Shown: in pieces, positions 55,177 through 64,000 of the stretch
Layout of the letters: each line of letters begins with the position of its first letter
How positions within the stretch are numbered: the stretch's first letter is position 1
Source of the DNA: Bacteroidota bacterium
GTDB lineage: Bacteria; Bacteroidota; Bacteroidia; Bacteroidales; ML635J-15
DNA: 64,000 nt
NCBI GenBank assembly: GCA_051747965.1
Contig: JBNJGS010000001.1
Location: 40,311-104,310 of the forward strand
Direction: 5' to 3'
Made by a program: the position numbers and the translations under genes
The notes under the pieces: model-generated
What the model was told of the DNA's origin: nothing
Databases searched by the model: none
The model's input: the letters and a program-made list of their open reading frames with translations, nothing else

Positions 55177-58100
55177 TTAATAAACCACCGTTACAATGCC
55201 TGTGTACGGCTCGCTACCGTTGTTCAGGTTGATGAGGTACATATAGCTTCCTGCAGGAACATATTTGCCATTTTTGTTTCTGCCATCCCAGGGCTCTTCG
55301 CCGGGATGTGCTTCGTACAGTTTTTGTCCCCAGCGGTTAAAGACTTTTATCATGTATTTATCGAACATTTCAATGTTTTCAATAATCCAGGTATCGTTGT
55401 TATCATCGGCATTTGGAGTAAACGCGTTGGGAATACGCAGGCAATCAACCGGGTTATCCATCAGGGTAATTGAATTCAATTTGTATTCACAGTCATTGGC
55501 ATCCAGTACACGGATATTATAACTTCCCTGCTCAAGGTTTTCAATGTATGGCAGCGGATAGGGAATATCTTCAACAAAATATCTGTAAGGCTGTGTTCCT
55601 CCCTCCACTTCCAGTACGATATATCCATCACTGCTTCCAATGCAGGACGGGTCGTCATATGTAAAATCCACAGATAATGGCTGAGGCTGATTGATGCTGG
55701 CGATTGTATCCATGGCACAACCCTGTGCATCTGTAACAGTCAGTTCATACACACCTTCTCCCAGGCCATCAGCAACAGAATCAGTTGCCACCTGATTTCC
55801 ATGAGCAGACCATGCAAAATAATATGGTTTTGTCCCCCCGTGAGGCCTTGCAGTGAGCACTCCATCCGAAGCTTCGTAGCATGACACATTTTGAACATGA
55901 ATATCCATATACAAGGAGGAAACCGGTTCATATACAAAAACACTATCACGGGCCTGGCATCCCTCATCATCAGTCAAGGTAAAACTGTACCAGCCGCCGT
56001 TCAAATCTGCGATAGAAGGTCCGTTATGCCCGTTAGACCACAAGCATACAACAGGCTGTGCCCCACCGGATATATTGAGGGAGACGGCACCATCTTCGCT
56101 ACCGTGGCATGTGACACTATCAATGTTAGCATCATAATCTATGGGTTCCGGGTCTGTCAGAAGGTAGCTGTTTGTTCCGGTACATCCACGGTCATCTGTT
56201 ACAGTAACCTGATAATTACCTGCAGATAAGCTACTGATTGGATTGTTTGTCAGATTTCCGGGATTCCACAAATAAGTTTGTGGTTCCACACCCTCTCCAC
56301 TGGCTGACAGAATTCCGTCGGAATCACCATGGCATGATACAGGCTCGACAAGGTCAATGCTTACATCAACATTTCCGCTGGTTTCCACTGTCATGGTACT
56401 GGTATTGCTACAGCCATTGGAATCTTCAACAGTAATGCTGTAAGTACCGGCTGACACCTCAGTTAAGACAGGAGCATTGACAGGGGAGTTATCCCATTGA
56501 TAAGTATATGAACCACTGCCTCCGGATACAGATACACCGCATGAACCCGGGGCATTTGTCTGGCACTGCACATCGCTGACACTTTCTGTCAGAACAATTT
56601 CATCAGGCTGGGTAATATTTTCACTGGCAATCGTCTCGCAGCCATTATCATCTGTAACAGTAATGGTATAAGTACCTTCTGACAATCCTGAAATTGAAGG
56701 GACATCATCACCTGTATTCCAGCTCCAGACATAATCCCCCCCTGTCGTACCGCCGGCAGCGCTTGCTGTAAGGCTTCCGTCATCAGTACCATAACAGGTA
56801 AGATGCTGTATATCTTCAAATGAGACGATGAGTTCCGGAGGTTCGATTAGCGTGATATCAGTGGAATTTTCACAGGCATATGCATCCTGCACGCTTACAA
56901 CATAGGTTCCGGCACTCAGATTTGAATATGTATTTCCGTTGCTCATATCCGGCCAGGTAAAAACCGGTGAATCAGCAGAGCTACTGACCTGTATATTCCC
57001 ATCGGAATCACCAAAGCACAGAGGATCATTTGCGCTTACTATGCTGATATCCGGTTCCGGATGTACTTCAACATCCGTCTGATCGGTGGCTGTACATGTT
57101 CCTGTACTGTTTTGATAAGTAATGGTATGTGTACCCTCACCAGCCAGGCCGGGATCAAATTCTCCGCTTGAAGTATCAGCGATTCCGTTTCCAGACCATG
57201 TTCCTCCTGCAGAGGCTGCGGTAAGAAAAACAGTGGGATCGTTGATACAATAATCGCTTGCAGATGTAATGGTGGGATCCGGGGCATTTTCCACTGTGAT
57301 GCTTTCAGAGTCGATATCTGAACATTCACCGTTGATAATTTCGTATGTAATGAGGTAGTTTCCGGCACTTACTGCACCCGGATCAAACGCACCAGTAGCA
57401 GGGTCGGTTATTCCTGAACCGGACCAGGTTCCCCCAGCGCTTGCAGCCGTTAGTGTTACCGGACTGTCGGATGTACAAAACGGGCCTGCGGGGTCGATGG
57501 TGGCATCAACTGCAGCATACACATGGAATGTTTCTGCATCACTGTCAATGCAAGCACCCGAACCAATTACATAAGAAATTGTAATTTCTCCGGACCCGGC
57601 GGCAGCGGGATCAAATTCTCCGGTTGAAGCATCTGCAATACCGGGGCCCGACCAGGTACCTCCGGCATCAGCAGCAGACATAAAGACAATTCCGTCTGAA
57701 GCACACATATCTGCCTGTGGGCTGATGGTAGCATCCAGGGCATCATCCACGTGGATGGTTTCCGTGTCGCTGTCAGCGCAGGGGCCGGGTAAAGTATAGC
57801 TTATCACATGATCTCCGGTGCCGGCAAGAGCGGGGTCAAATTCGCCTGTGGTTGCATCGGCAATACCGGTACCTGACCAGGTTCCACCTGCATCAGCAGC
57901 GCTAAGGTTCACTGAGGAACCAGTAGAACAGAACGGACCTGCAGATGAAATGCTTGGATCTCCTCCAGCGTCAGTTACTACTGAGACAGAAGCACAGGAT
58001 GTTGTATTGCAATCGCCTTCATAGCGAATGTAGTATGTTGTATTTCCTGAGGGAGTTACACTCAGGTTGTTCCCGCTGCCAACTGCAGTACCACCACAGG

Positions 58101-61044
58101 AAGATTCGTACCATTGGGCAGTAGCACCTGTGCCGGCAGTTCCACCCGCAAAGCTAAGCACAACGGGATCACCGAGGCAGACCGTATCAGGTGAAGCGGA
58201 TGCAGATGAAGGCGCTGTGGAGTTTGATTTTACTGTTACGGTAACAGATGCGCAAGCGGTTGTATTACAACTACCTTCTGCCCGCACATAATAAGTTGTT
58301 GTGCTTGTTGGGGAAACAGATATACTTGTACCCGAACCCAGGGATGTTCCTCCGCAGGATTCGGTATACCATTCCCAGGAAGCTCCGGGTTCCAGACTGC
58401 CGCCAATCACAGAAATCGTTGAAGAAGAGCCCGAACAAATGGCTGCGGGTGTTGCGTCAGCGTCTGTTGGGGCAACAGAGCCCGGATCAACGGTAAGTGT
58501 GACACTTTCACATACAGATGTAATACATGCATTATTGTAGTTCACATAGTATGTCTCTGATGATGTCAAAGTCTGTGACACTGTTAAGGGGTTTCCTGTG
58601 CCAAGAAGTGTTCCCCCGCAACTACCGGTATACCAATAAACATCACTGCTTGCCGGGGAGCCTCCATAGGCTGTCAGTGTAATATCTGTTGGTGTTCCCG
58701 AGCAGACTTCAGTTGGACTGACTGCTGCAGAATCCGGTCCTTCAGCGTTCAGGTAATGATGAAAAACAGCAGCTCCTGTACAGGATCCACCATCAACATA
58801 CTGATATCCGCCGCCGGCATTTGACAAGCCATTGAATTTTCCGGCCAGATACAGGTATACGCTATCGTTTGTTGGCTCTCCAATGTCAAAGCCACTGTAT
58901 CCTGAATATCCTCCGGAAAAGCCGTAATAACTTAACCAGGCCAAATAATCGTTATCCATAAGCTGTGCAAGCAGAATGTTGGAAGAAGTGCCTGCCATGG
59001 TCTGGTTATAATAATCAGCATGAGTGATTGTTGATAGCCCTACAGGATTCTGCTGCCCGCATATCCACAAATTGTTATGAGAATCTTTTTTTAATTTTTT
59101 CATGCTTGTGTAATCCGGGCCTCCGAAAAAGGTTGCATAAACAACCGTTCCCGCGGTATTCACTTTAAAGAGGTAGCCATCCTGCGTACCAGCCTCATTG
59201 GCAGTAATGTTTGTTCCATCATTGATTGTTCCGTCGTAATAAGTACATGCATCGCCCGGATCAACGACAGGAAAATCAGCGCTGTAGGTATGGCCTGTCA
59301 TATACATATTGCCGTCTGCATCAAGTTCAGTATCGCCATTTGCAGCACCTATATTGATTTTATCAAATCCGGCACCACCAATGTAGCCACCCCATGCAGG
59401 AACAGGTTGATTGGAGGCATCAAATTTCATATAGAACAAATCATTGGCTCCCTGATTGGTATATCCATCTGTAATCAATTCAGATACAAAGGGGGTTGAG
59501 GAGCTCCACATTTCATCACCTGCAATATAGAATTCGCCGGTATTTTGATCAATCGCGATATCACAAGCTCTACCTGTGTACGTATCTGCTGCGACTCCTG
59601 GCAGCCAAGTTGCCCAGGTCAATGCTCCGGCAGCAGAAAATTCCATAATAAAGCTGGTGGATGTAGAAGTTCCGCTTAAACTTCCCTGATATCCGGATCC
59701 AGAGGGGATACCACTGGAATATGTGGGATAACCTCCTGATTTACCCACCATCACAATATTTTTGCTGGCATCGAAATCAATATCAAAAACTTCGAGTTTA
59801 GCACCAATATCGAGATATGTAGCCCATTGTCTTGTATTATCCGGAAGAAATTTCAGCAGGTAGCCACGTGTACCAGAGCTCTGGGAATCGTCCCATCCCT
59901 GATAGAAGGCTCCTGTCCAGTTTTGCAAAGGGAAATCGCCGGAAGCCATGCTAAATTCTTTTTGACTTGTTCCTGCAATGAACAAATTATCATCCTGGTC
60001 AATACCAACAGCACCGTTCACATCATCGTCTCCTGAACCACCGTACAAACATGTCCACAAGAGTGCTCCGTTGGGTCCGAACTTAGAGATAACGATATCA
60101 TTATTTCCTGTCACTGTACCATAGGTTATTGTTGTTCCGGCGCTATTGAGATAATCAGCTACATCCTGAGCATCGGGGCTCCATTCCCAATCAACCACAT
60201 AGTATTCTCCTGATGAATTGGAAACCATTTCTCCCCAGGTTCCGTAACCATTGTATTCCAGAGAACTTGCCCAGAACAAACCCGGATCAATAATCAGTTT
60301 TTGTTGCTCATTATATTCAGCCACATCAAATTTCACACTGCTTTCTTCAAGAACATAACTTGTTTCAATATCACGTTCTCCAGAAAAAGATACAGGGGCT
60401 TTGTCCTTGAAAACAAAATTACCTGAGGTAAATTCCACTTGATTATCTTTATTTACATGTATGTCTTCAACACCCTGCCAGTTCAAATTTATTACAGATG
60501 GGTCACCACCCGGCTGAACAATAAATTCATATTTTAGTACAGAGTCATCCTGATAAAAGACCATATCAATATCCGGATAAATATTTTTGTACTTTACCTG
60601 ATTAAAAGATTTAACTTCCAGTAAGCCATCCGGACAATGGGGTAAATAAAAATCATGTTTAATTTTTGTATCTGTTTCACCCCGGATGTCAATGTTTGTA
60701 TCTGCATTTTCAAAATACAAATCAAAACGATGCTGGCTTGTGACCGCTGCAAGTTTTTTTGCCAGATTATCATCCCCCCGTTCTTTTGCTTCCAGGGATT
60801 TCTCATTTTCTTCGTAATCAATTTCACGTGTAACAAAGACAACTCTGTCCTGCAGGAAATATGCATACACATTGTTATGATTATAGTAATACTTCACGCC
60901 GTCAAATCCCTTAATCTGGCCTTCATTTTTGATAAATGTTTGTGTTTGGGATTTCTGTTCTTGTCCTGTTGCGATATTTGTCAGATAAGACAAAGTGGTA
61001 AAAACGCAAAACACGAGGAATACACGGGTATAACTTTTTTTCAT
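55177..61044 (-). CDS. giant surface protein: N-terminal beta-propeller-like region, Ig-like/HYR-like repeats, SprB repeats, T9SS type B C-terminal domain
   Basis: 1955 aa with a signal peptide. The middle contains about 70-80 aa repeats (GGTWSGxGIxDxxTGEFDP and WYxxSCGGTxxGxG...TTYYVR types). SprB-type repeats are present (CxGxxDGxxxxxxxGGxxPYxYxW). The CTD reads CLRIPNAFTPNADDNNDTWIIENIEMF...VFNRWGQKLYEA...GIVTVVY. Confidence 0.85.
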   Translation of the reverse strand: MKKSYTRVFLVFCVFTTLSYLTNIATGQEQKSQTQTFIKNEGQIKGFDGVKYYYNHNNVYAYFLQDRVVFVTREIDYEENEKSLEAKERGDDNLAKKLAAVTSQHRFDLYFENADTNIDIRGETDTKIKHDFYLPHCPDGLLEVKSFNQVKYKNIYPDIDMVFYQDDSVLKYEFIVQPGGDPSVINLNWQGVEDIHVNKDNQVEFTSGNFVFKDKAPVSFSGERDIETSYVLEESSVKFDVAEYNEQQKLIIDPGLFWASSLEYNGYGTWGEMVSNSSGEYYVVDWEWSPDAQDVADYLNSAGTTITYGTVTGNNDIVISKFGPNGALLWTCLYGGSGDDDVNGAVGIDQDDNLFIAGTSQKEFSMASGDFPLQNWTGAFYQGWDDSQSSGTRGYLLKFLPDNTRQWATYLDIGAKLEVFDIDFDASKNIVMVGKSGGYPTYSSGIPSGSGYQGSLSGTSTSTSFIMEFSAAGALTWATWLPGVAADTYTGRACDIAIDQNTGEFYIAGDEMWSSSTPFVSELITDGYTNQGANDLFYMKFDASNQPVPAWGGYIGGAGFDKINIGAANGDTELDADGNMYMTGHTYSADFPVVDPGDACTYYDGTINDGTNITANEAGTQDGYLFKVNTAGTVVYATFFGGPDYTSMKKLKKDSHNNLWICGQQNPVGLSTITHADYYNQTMAGTSSNILLAQLMDNDYLAWLSYYGFSGGYSGYSGFDIGEPTNDSVYLYLAGKFNGLSNAGGGYQYVDGGSCTGAAVFHHYLNAEGPDSAAVSPTEVCSGTPTDITLTAYGGSPASSDVYWYTGSCGGTLLGTGNPLTVSQTLTSSETYYVNYNNACITSVCESVTLTVDPGSVAPTDADATPAAICSGSSSTISVIGGSLEPGASWEWYTESCGGTSLGSGTSISVSPTSTTTYYVRAEGSCNTTACASVTVTVKSNSTAPSSASASPDTVCLGDPVVLSFAGGTAGTGATAQWYESSCGGTAVGSGNNLSVTPSGNTTYYIRYEGDCNTTSCASVSVVTDAGGDPSISSAGPFCSTGSSVNLSAADAGGTWSGTGIADATTGEFDPALAGTGDHVISYTLPGPCADSDTETIHVDDALDATISPQADMCASDGIVFMSAADAGGTWSGPGIADASTGEFDPAAAGSGEITISYVIGSGACIDSDAETFHVYAAVDATIDPAGPFCTSDSPVTLTAASAGGTWSGSGITDPATGAFDPGAVSAGNYLITYEIINGECSDIDSESITVENAPDPTITSASDYCINDPTVFLTAASAGGTWSGNGIADTSSGEFDPGLAGEGTHTITYQNSTGTCTATDQTDVEVHPEPDISIVSANDPLCFGDSDGNIQVSSSADSPVFTWPDMSNGNTYSNLSAGTYVVSVQDAYACENSTDITLIEPPELIVSFEDIQHLTCYGTDDGSLTASAAGGTTGGDYVWSWNTGDDVPSISGLSEGTYTITVTDDNGCETIASENITQPDEIVLTESVSDVQCQTNAPGSCGVSVSGGSGSYTYQWDNSPVNAPVLTEVSAGTYSITVEDSNGCSNTSTMTVETSGNVDVSIDLVEPVSCHGDSDGILSASGEGVEPQTYLWNPGNLTNNPISSLSAGNYQVTVTDDRGCTGTNSYLLTDPEPIDYDANIDSVTCHGSEDGAVSLNISGGAQPVVCLWSNGHNGPSIADLNGGWYSFTLTDDEGCQARDSVFVYEPVSSLYMDIHVQNVSCYEASDGVLTARPHGGTKPYYFAWSAHGNQVATDSVADGLGEGVYELTVTDAQGCAMDTIASINQPQPLSVDFTYDDPSCIGSSDGYIVLEVEGGTQPYRYFVEDIPYPLPYIENLEQGSYNIRVLDANDCEYKLNSITLMDNPVDCLRIPNAFTPNADDNNDTWIIENIEMFDKYMIKVFNRWGQKLYEAHPGEEPWDGRNKNGKYVPAGSYMYLINLNNGSEPYTGIVTVVY

Positions 61045-61205
61045 AACACGGCTTTAGTATTAGACATCAATCACAGTCTGAGACAAACAAAAAATGTTTG
61101 TAATCATACTATCTGAAAACTCTCTCCTCTTCAAATTTAACACAAAAAGGGACATCATCAAATGTCGAAAGACAAATAAATACCAGACATGCAAAATGAA
61201 ATAGT

Positions 61206-61234
61206 AAAAAGGGGCTTACCATACGGCAAACCCC
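61206..61234 (-). terminator. rho-independent terminator after the upstream adhesin gene (read on minus strand)
   Basis: The hairpin GGGGCTTACC...GGCAAACCCC is imperfect. The plus-strand A-run at 61206-61210 is a T-run on the minus strand. Confidence 0.45.
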
Positions 61235-61259
61235 TCAATACATATAGATGATAATCACT

Positions 61260-64000
61260 CTAATAAACAACAGTTACAACACCTGATTTTGGTTTGCTTC
61301 CATTGTTCAGGTTAATAATGTAAATATAGCTTCCCGTTGGTACTTTTTTCCCATCTGTGGTTGTACCATCCCATGGTTCCTCACCGGGCTGAGCTTCATA
61401 AAGCACCTGGCCCCAGCGGTTAAATACCTGCACATGATAATTCCTGAAGAGATGGAGGTTTTCAATTATCCAGGTATCATTGTTATCATCACCGTTGGGA
61501 GTAAAAGCATCAGGGATTCTCAGGCATTCTTCGGGGACATCCATCAGTGCTATGGTTTCCAGGTCATACTCACAGCCATGGGCATCCGTCACAAGAATAT
61601 CATAATTGCCTTCATACAAATCATCGAAATACGGTAAGCTTGCGGTGGCATTTTCCCAGAAATATGTATATGGTTCTGTTCCACCATTAACTTCCAGTTC
61701 GATATAGCCATCATTGTTACCAATACAAGAGGGATTATTGGAAAAATAATCAACTTCTATTGGTGCTGGTTGGGTTATCATCAGGCTGGTATCGATACGA
61801 CAGGCATTTTCATCATGGACGGTGAGCTGATAGAATCCTTCCGGCAAATCATTTATGGAATTATCATCAGAAGTAGCTCCATCCGCATTCCATTCATAAT
61901 GATAGGGAGCCGTTCCTCCTTCTACACCGGCTGCCAGTCTGCCATCTCTGTATCCATAACAAGTGATATCTTGTTTTTCAACATCAAGCTTCAGGGGGCT
62001 GTCAGGTTGACCGATATATACACTGTCAATAACTTCACAACCATGTAAATCAGAAACATCAACATAGTACCATCCGGCACTCAGATTTTCCTGAGATTCA
62101 CCGTTACCCAAATCTTCCCAAATAAAAGAATACGGCTCAGTTCCACCCTGAGCAGTAAGCTCAACAGCTCCGTCAGAGCCATTGTAGCAATTAACAGGAT
62201 CGACAGAGAAGTTTGTAATTATGGGCGCAGGTTCCACCACAACATGAGATCTGACACCTGAACAACCCAAAGCATCGTTTACTTCAACCGTATAACTGCC
62301 TGCCCCAAGGTTATCAATCTGTGAACCTGAGCTGTTTGTTGTTGGCCAGTAATACTCTACATCACCCATAGCATCTGAACAATGGGCATTCAGAATCGCA
62401 TTTTCTTCACCGTAACAGGTAATGGGATTCATCTCGGAAATACTTATTGACAGACTACCCTGCGTACCAACAAACAAGGATGTTTGTGCTGAACATCCTT
62501 CAGCATCTTCAACCACTACAGTATAAACGCCCTGTCCAAGTCCACTCTGATGATCGCCTGTTGCTGTCAGGTCATGACTCCATGAGTATGAATAACCCCC
62601 ATTTCCTCCGGAAACACTGACTCCACAGGCACCGGGATTGATACCACAGAGCACCGGTGTAACCGATTCTTCCAGTTCCAGTGGATCCGGCTCGGTGATT
62701 ATGACCTGCTCTGTGTATTCACATCCATTGGCATCGGTGATATCTACTGTATAGGTACCAGCCGTGGCATTGTCCAGCATCGGCAAATTACCCATGCCAC
62801 CTGACCAGGAAAAATCATATCCGGGCGTACCACCGGAGGGCGTAATGCTTGCTGATCCATCTGCACCATTGTGACAGGTCACATTCGACTGGCTTGTGAT
62901 GCTTCCGCCCAACTCCGAAGGCTCTGAAATATCCACAGTGGCAATGGCCGTGCATCCCTGACCGTCACTTACAATCACTTCATAGCTGCCGGCACACAAA
63001 TTATCCGCAGTGGATGTAGACTGACCTGCTGCATCGTTCCAACTGTAACTGTAGCTACTGTCTCCGCCTCCGGCAATTACCGTGGCAGATCCGTTACATT
63101 CTCCGTAACAAAGTACATCACTGCTCGCACTGATGGATGCCGTTACTACCGGGTTTTCTTCTATGGTAACCGTAGCTGTCTCTGTGCAACCATTGCCATC
63201 GCTTACCTCCACAGTGTATGTGCCGGCACTCAGGTTCGTCGCTGCAGCGGTGGTCTGGCCTGAAGAATCATCCCACAAATAGCTGTACGTACCGCTACCG
63301 GTACCGCCTCCGGCAACAACTGTGGCCTCGCCATCAGATCCGCCGTTACAGGTGACATCTGTGCTTGTGCTTATGCTCGCTGTCACGGCTGGATTTTCAT
63401 CGATGGTGACTGTGGCTGTCTCTGTGCAACCATTGCCATCGCTTACTTCTACAGTGTAGGTATCGGCACTCAGATTCGTCGCTGTTGACGTGGTCTGACC
63501 TGAAGAATCGTCCCACAGGTAAGTGTATGATCCGGTTCCTCCACCGGCTGTTACGGTAGCCTCGCCATCAGATCCGCCGTTACAGGTAACATCCGTGCTT
63601 GAGGTAATGCTTGCTGTTACAGCCGGATTCTCACTGATGGTTACCGTGGCCGTTTCGGCGCAGCCGTTACCATCTGTTACTTCAACTGTGTAGGTATTCG
63701 CTGGCAGGCCGCTTGCGGTTGCAGTGGTTTGTCCTGAGGGATCATCCCACAGGTAAGTATATGAACCTGTTCCACCACCGGCTGTGACGGTAGCTTCTCC
63801 GTCTGAACCACCATTACAGCTTACATCTGTGCTTGAGCTTATTGCTGCTGTGACAGCCGGGTTTTCATCAATGGTTATGCTTGCTGTTTCACTGCAGCCG
63901 TTACCATCGCTCACTTCTACAGTGTAGGTATCGGCACTCAGATTAGACGCTGTGGATGTAGTCTGGCCTGAAGAATCGTCCCACAGGTAGGTGTATGAAC
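61260..64000 (-). CDS. giant SprB-repeat surface protein with T9SS type B C-terminal domain, 5' end outside window
   Basis: The track ORF starts at an internal GTG (63914). My translation of 63915-64000 continues in frame with another repeat copy (SYTYLWDDSSGQTTSTASNLSADTYTVEV), so the gene runs off the window. The CTD reads CLRIPDAFTPNGDDNNDTWIIENLHLF...VFNRWGQVLYEA...GVVTVVY. Confidence 0.85.
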   Translation of the reverse strand, partial: SYTYLWDDSSGQTTSTASNLSADTYTVEVSDGNGCSETASITIDENPAVTAAISSSTDVSCNGGSDGEATVTAGGGTGSYTYLWDDPSGQTTATASGLPANTYTVEVTDGNGCAETATVTISENPAVTASITSSTDVTCNGGSDGEATVTAGGGTGSYTYLWDDSSGQTTSTATNLSADTYTVEVSDGNGCTETATVTIDENPAVTASISTSTDVTCNGGSDGEATVVAGGGTGSGTYSYLWDDSSGQTTAAATNLSAGTYTVEVSDGNGCTETATVTIEENPVVTASISASSDVLCYGECNGSATVIAGGGDSSYSYSWNDAAGQSTSTADNLCAGSYEVIVSDGQGCTAIATVDISEPSELGGSITSQSNVTCHNGADGSASITPSGGTPGYDFSWSGGMGNLPMLDNATAGTYTVDITDANGCEYTEQVIITEPDPLELEESVTPVLCGINPGACGVSVSGGNGGYSYSWSHDLTATGDHQSGLGQGVYTVVVEDAEGCSAQTSLFVGTQGSLSISISEMNPITCYGEENAILNAHCSDAMGDVEYYWPTTNSSGSQIDNLGAGSYTVEVNDALGCSGVRSHVVVEPAPIITNFSVDPVNCYNGSDGAVELTAQGGTEPYSFIWEDLGNGESQENLSAGWYYVDVSDLHGCEVIDSVYIGQPDSPLKLDVEKQDITCYGYRDGRLAAGVEGGTAPYHYEWNADGATSDDNSINDLPEGFYQLTVHDENACRIDTSLMITQPAPIEVDYFSNNPSCIGNNDGYIELEVNGGTEPYTYFWENATASLPYFDDLYEGNYDILVTDAHGCEYDLETIALMDVPEECLRIPDAFTPNGDDNNDTWIIENLHLFRNYHVQVFNRWGQVLYEAQPGEEPWDGTTTDGKKVPTGSYIYIINLNNGSKPKSGVVTVVY
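63150..64000. repeat. in-frame tandem DNA repeats of about 237-240 bp (79-80 aa SprB-type units), at least 3.5 copies, continuing past the window edge
   Basis: Unit starts recur at about 63181, 63421, 63658 and 63892 (for example CTGTGCAACCATTGCCATCGCTTAC at both 63181 and 63421). By eye the copies are roughly 80-90 percent identical. Confidence 0.8.

Noticed and set aside
63150-64000. A CRISPR-like regular repeat array.
   Set aside because: The units are about 240 bp, directly abutting with no spacers, and in frame within a continuous ORF encoding SprB-type protein repeats.
1-64000. Mobile elements, prophage, defence islands, tRNA or rRNA genes.
   Set aside because: I found no integrase, transposase, recombinase, restriction-modification, toxin-antitoxin or cas-like ORFs, no terminal inverted repeats flanking a cargo, and no cloverleaf-compatible or rRNA-like sequence in the intergenic regions.

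Overview
This is a chromosomal segment with no rRNA, tRNA, CRISPR, transposase or integrase that I can support. It most likely comes from an anaerobic member of the Bacteroidota. That inference rests on T9SS components and both type A and type B C-terminal sorting domains, TAnnTTTG -7 promoter boxes, a MurF-Alr fusion, mostly SD-less starts, plus an [FeFe] hydrogenase, KorAB and Rex. I call about 47 protein genes. Housekeeping genes are tdk, murF/alr, ugd, ribF-like, glpK, dnaX, rplU-rpmA, serS, ruvC and korAB. The most interesting locus is a seven-gene minus-strand operon (17375->9146). It encodes hydC-hydB-hydA-like subunits, then a HydS-type H-domain protein fused to a histidine kinase, a stand-alone receiver, a receiver-kinase hybrid and rex. 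A Clostridium-type Rex box (cTGTTAAgataTTAACAA) lies in its promoter region. Both H-domain proteins lack the canonical proton-relay cysteine of the TSCCP motif: it is Ser in the HydA-like subunit and Asp in the sensor kinase. The second notable locus is a five-gene operon (32233->28864) with two NifX/NifB-like small proteins, two MinD-type ATPases carrying ferredoxin inserts, and a radical SAM enzyme. It has no nitrogenase context and its function is unknown. Other observations are listed here.
- A GC-rich, multi-hairpin intergenic element (53381-53566) of unknown identity.
- Tandem Fe/Mn-family superoxide dismutases, one of them a predicted lipoprotein.
- A RibF homolog with a degenerate riboflavin-kinase module.
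- An in-frame A AAA AAG heptamer in the dnaX linker.
- A T9SS module (PorE-like OmpA, PorP/SprF, PKD cargo).
- Two tandem giant SprB-repeat adhesins with near-identical type B CTDs, containing about 237-240 bp tandem DNA repeats that run off the window edge.
All functional calls come from reading the translated ORFs and recognising motifs. No database search was possible.
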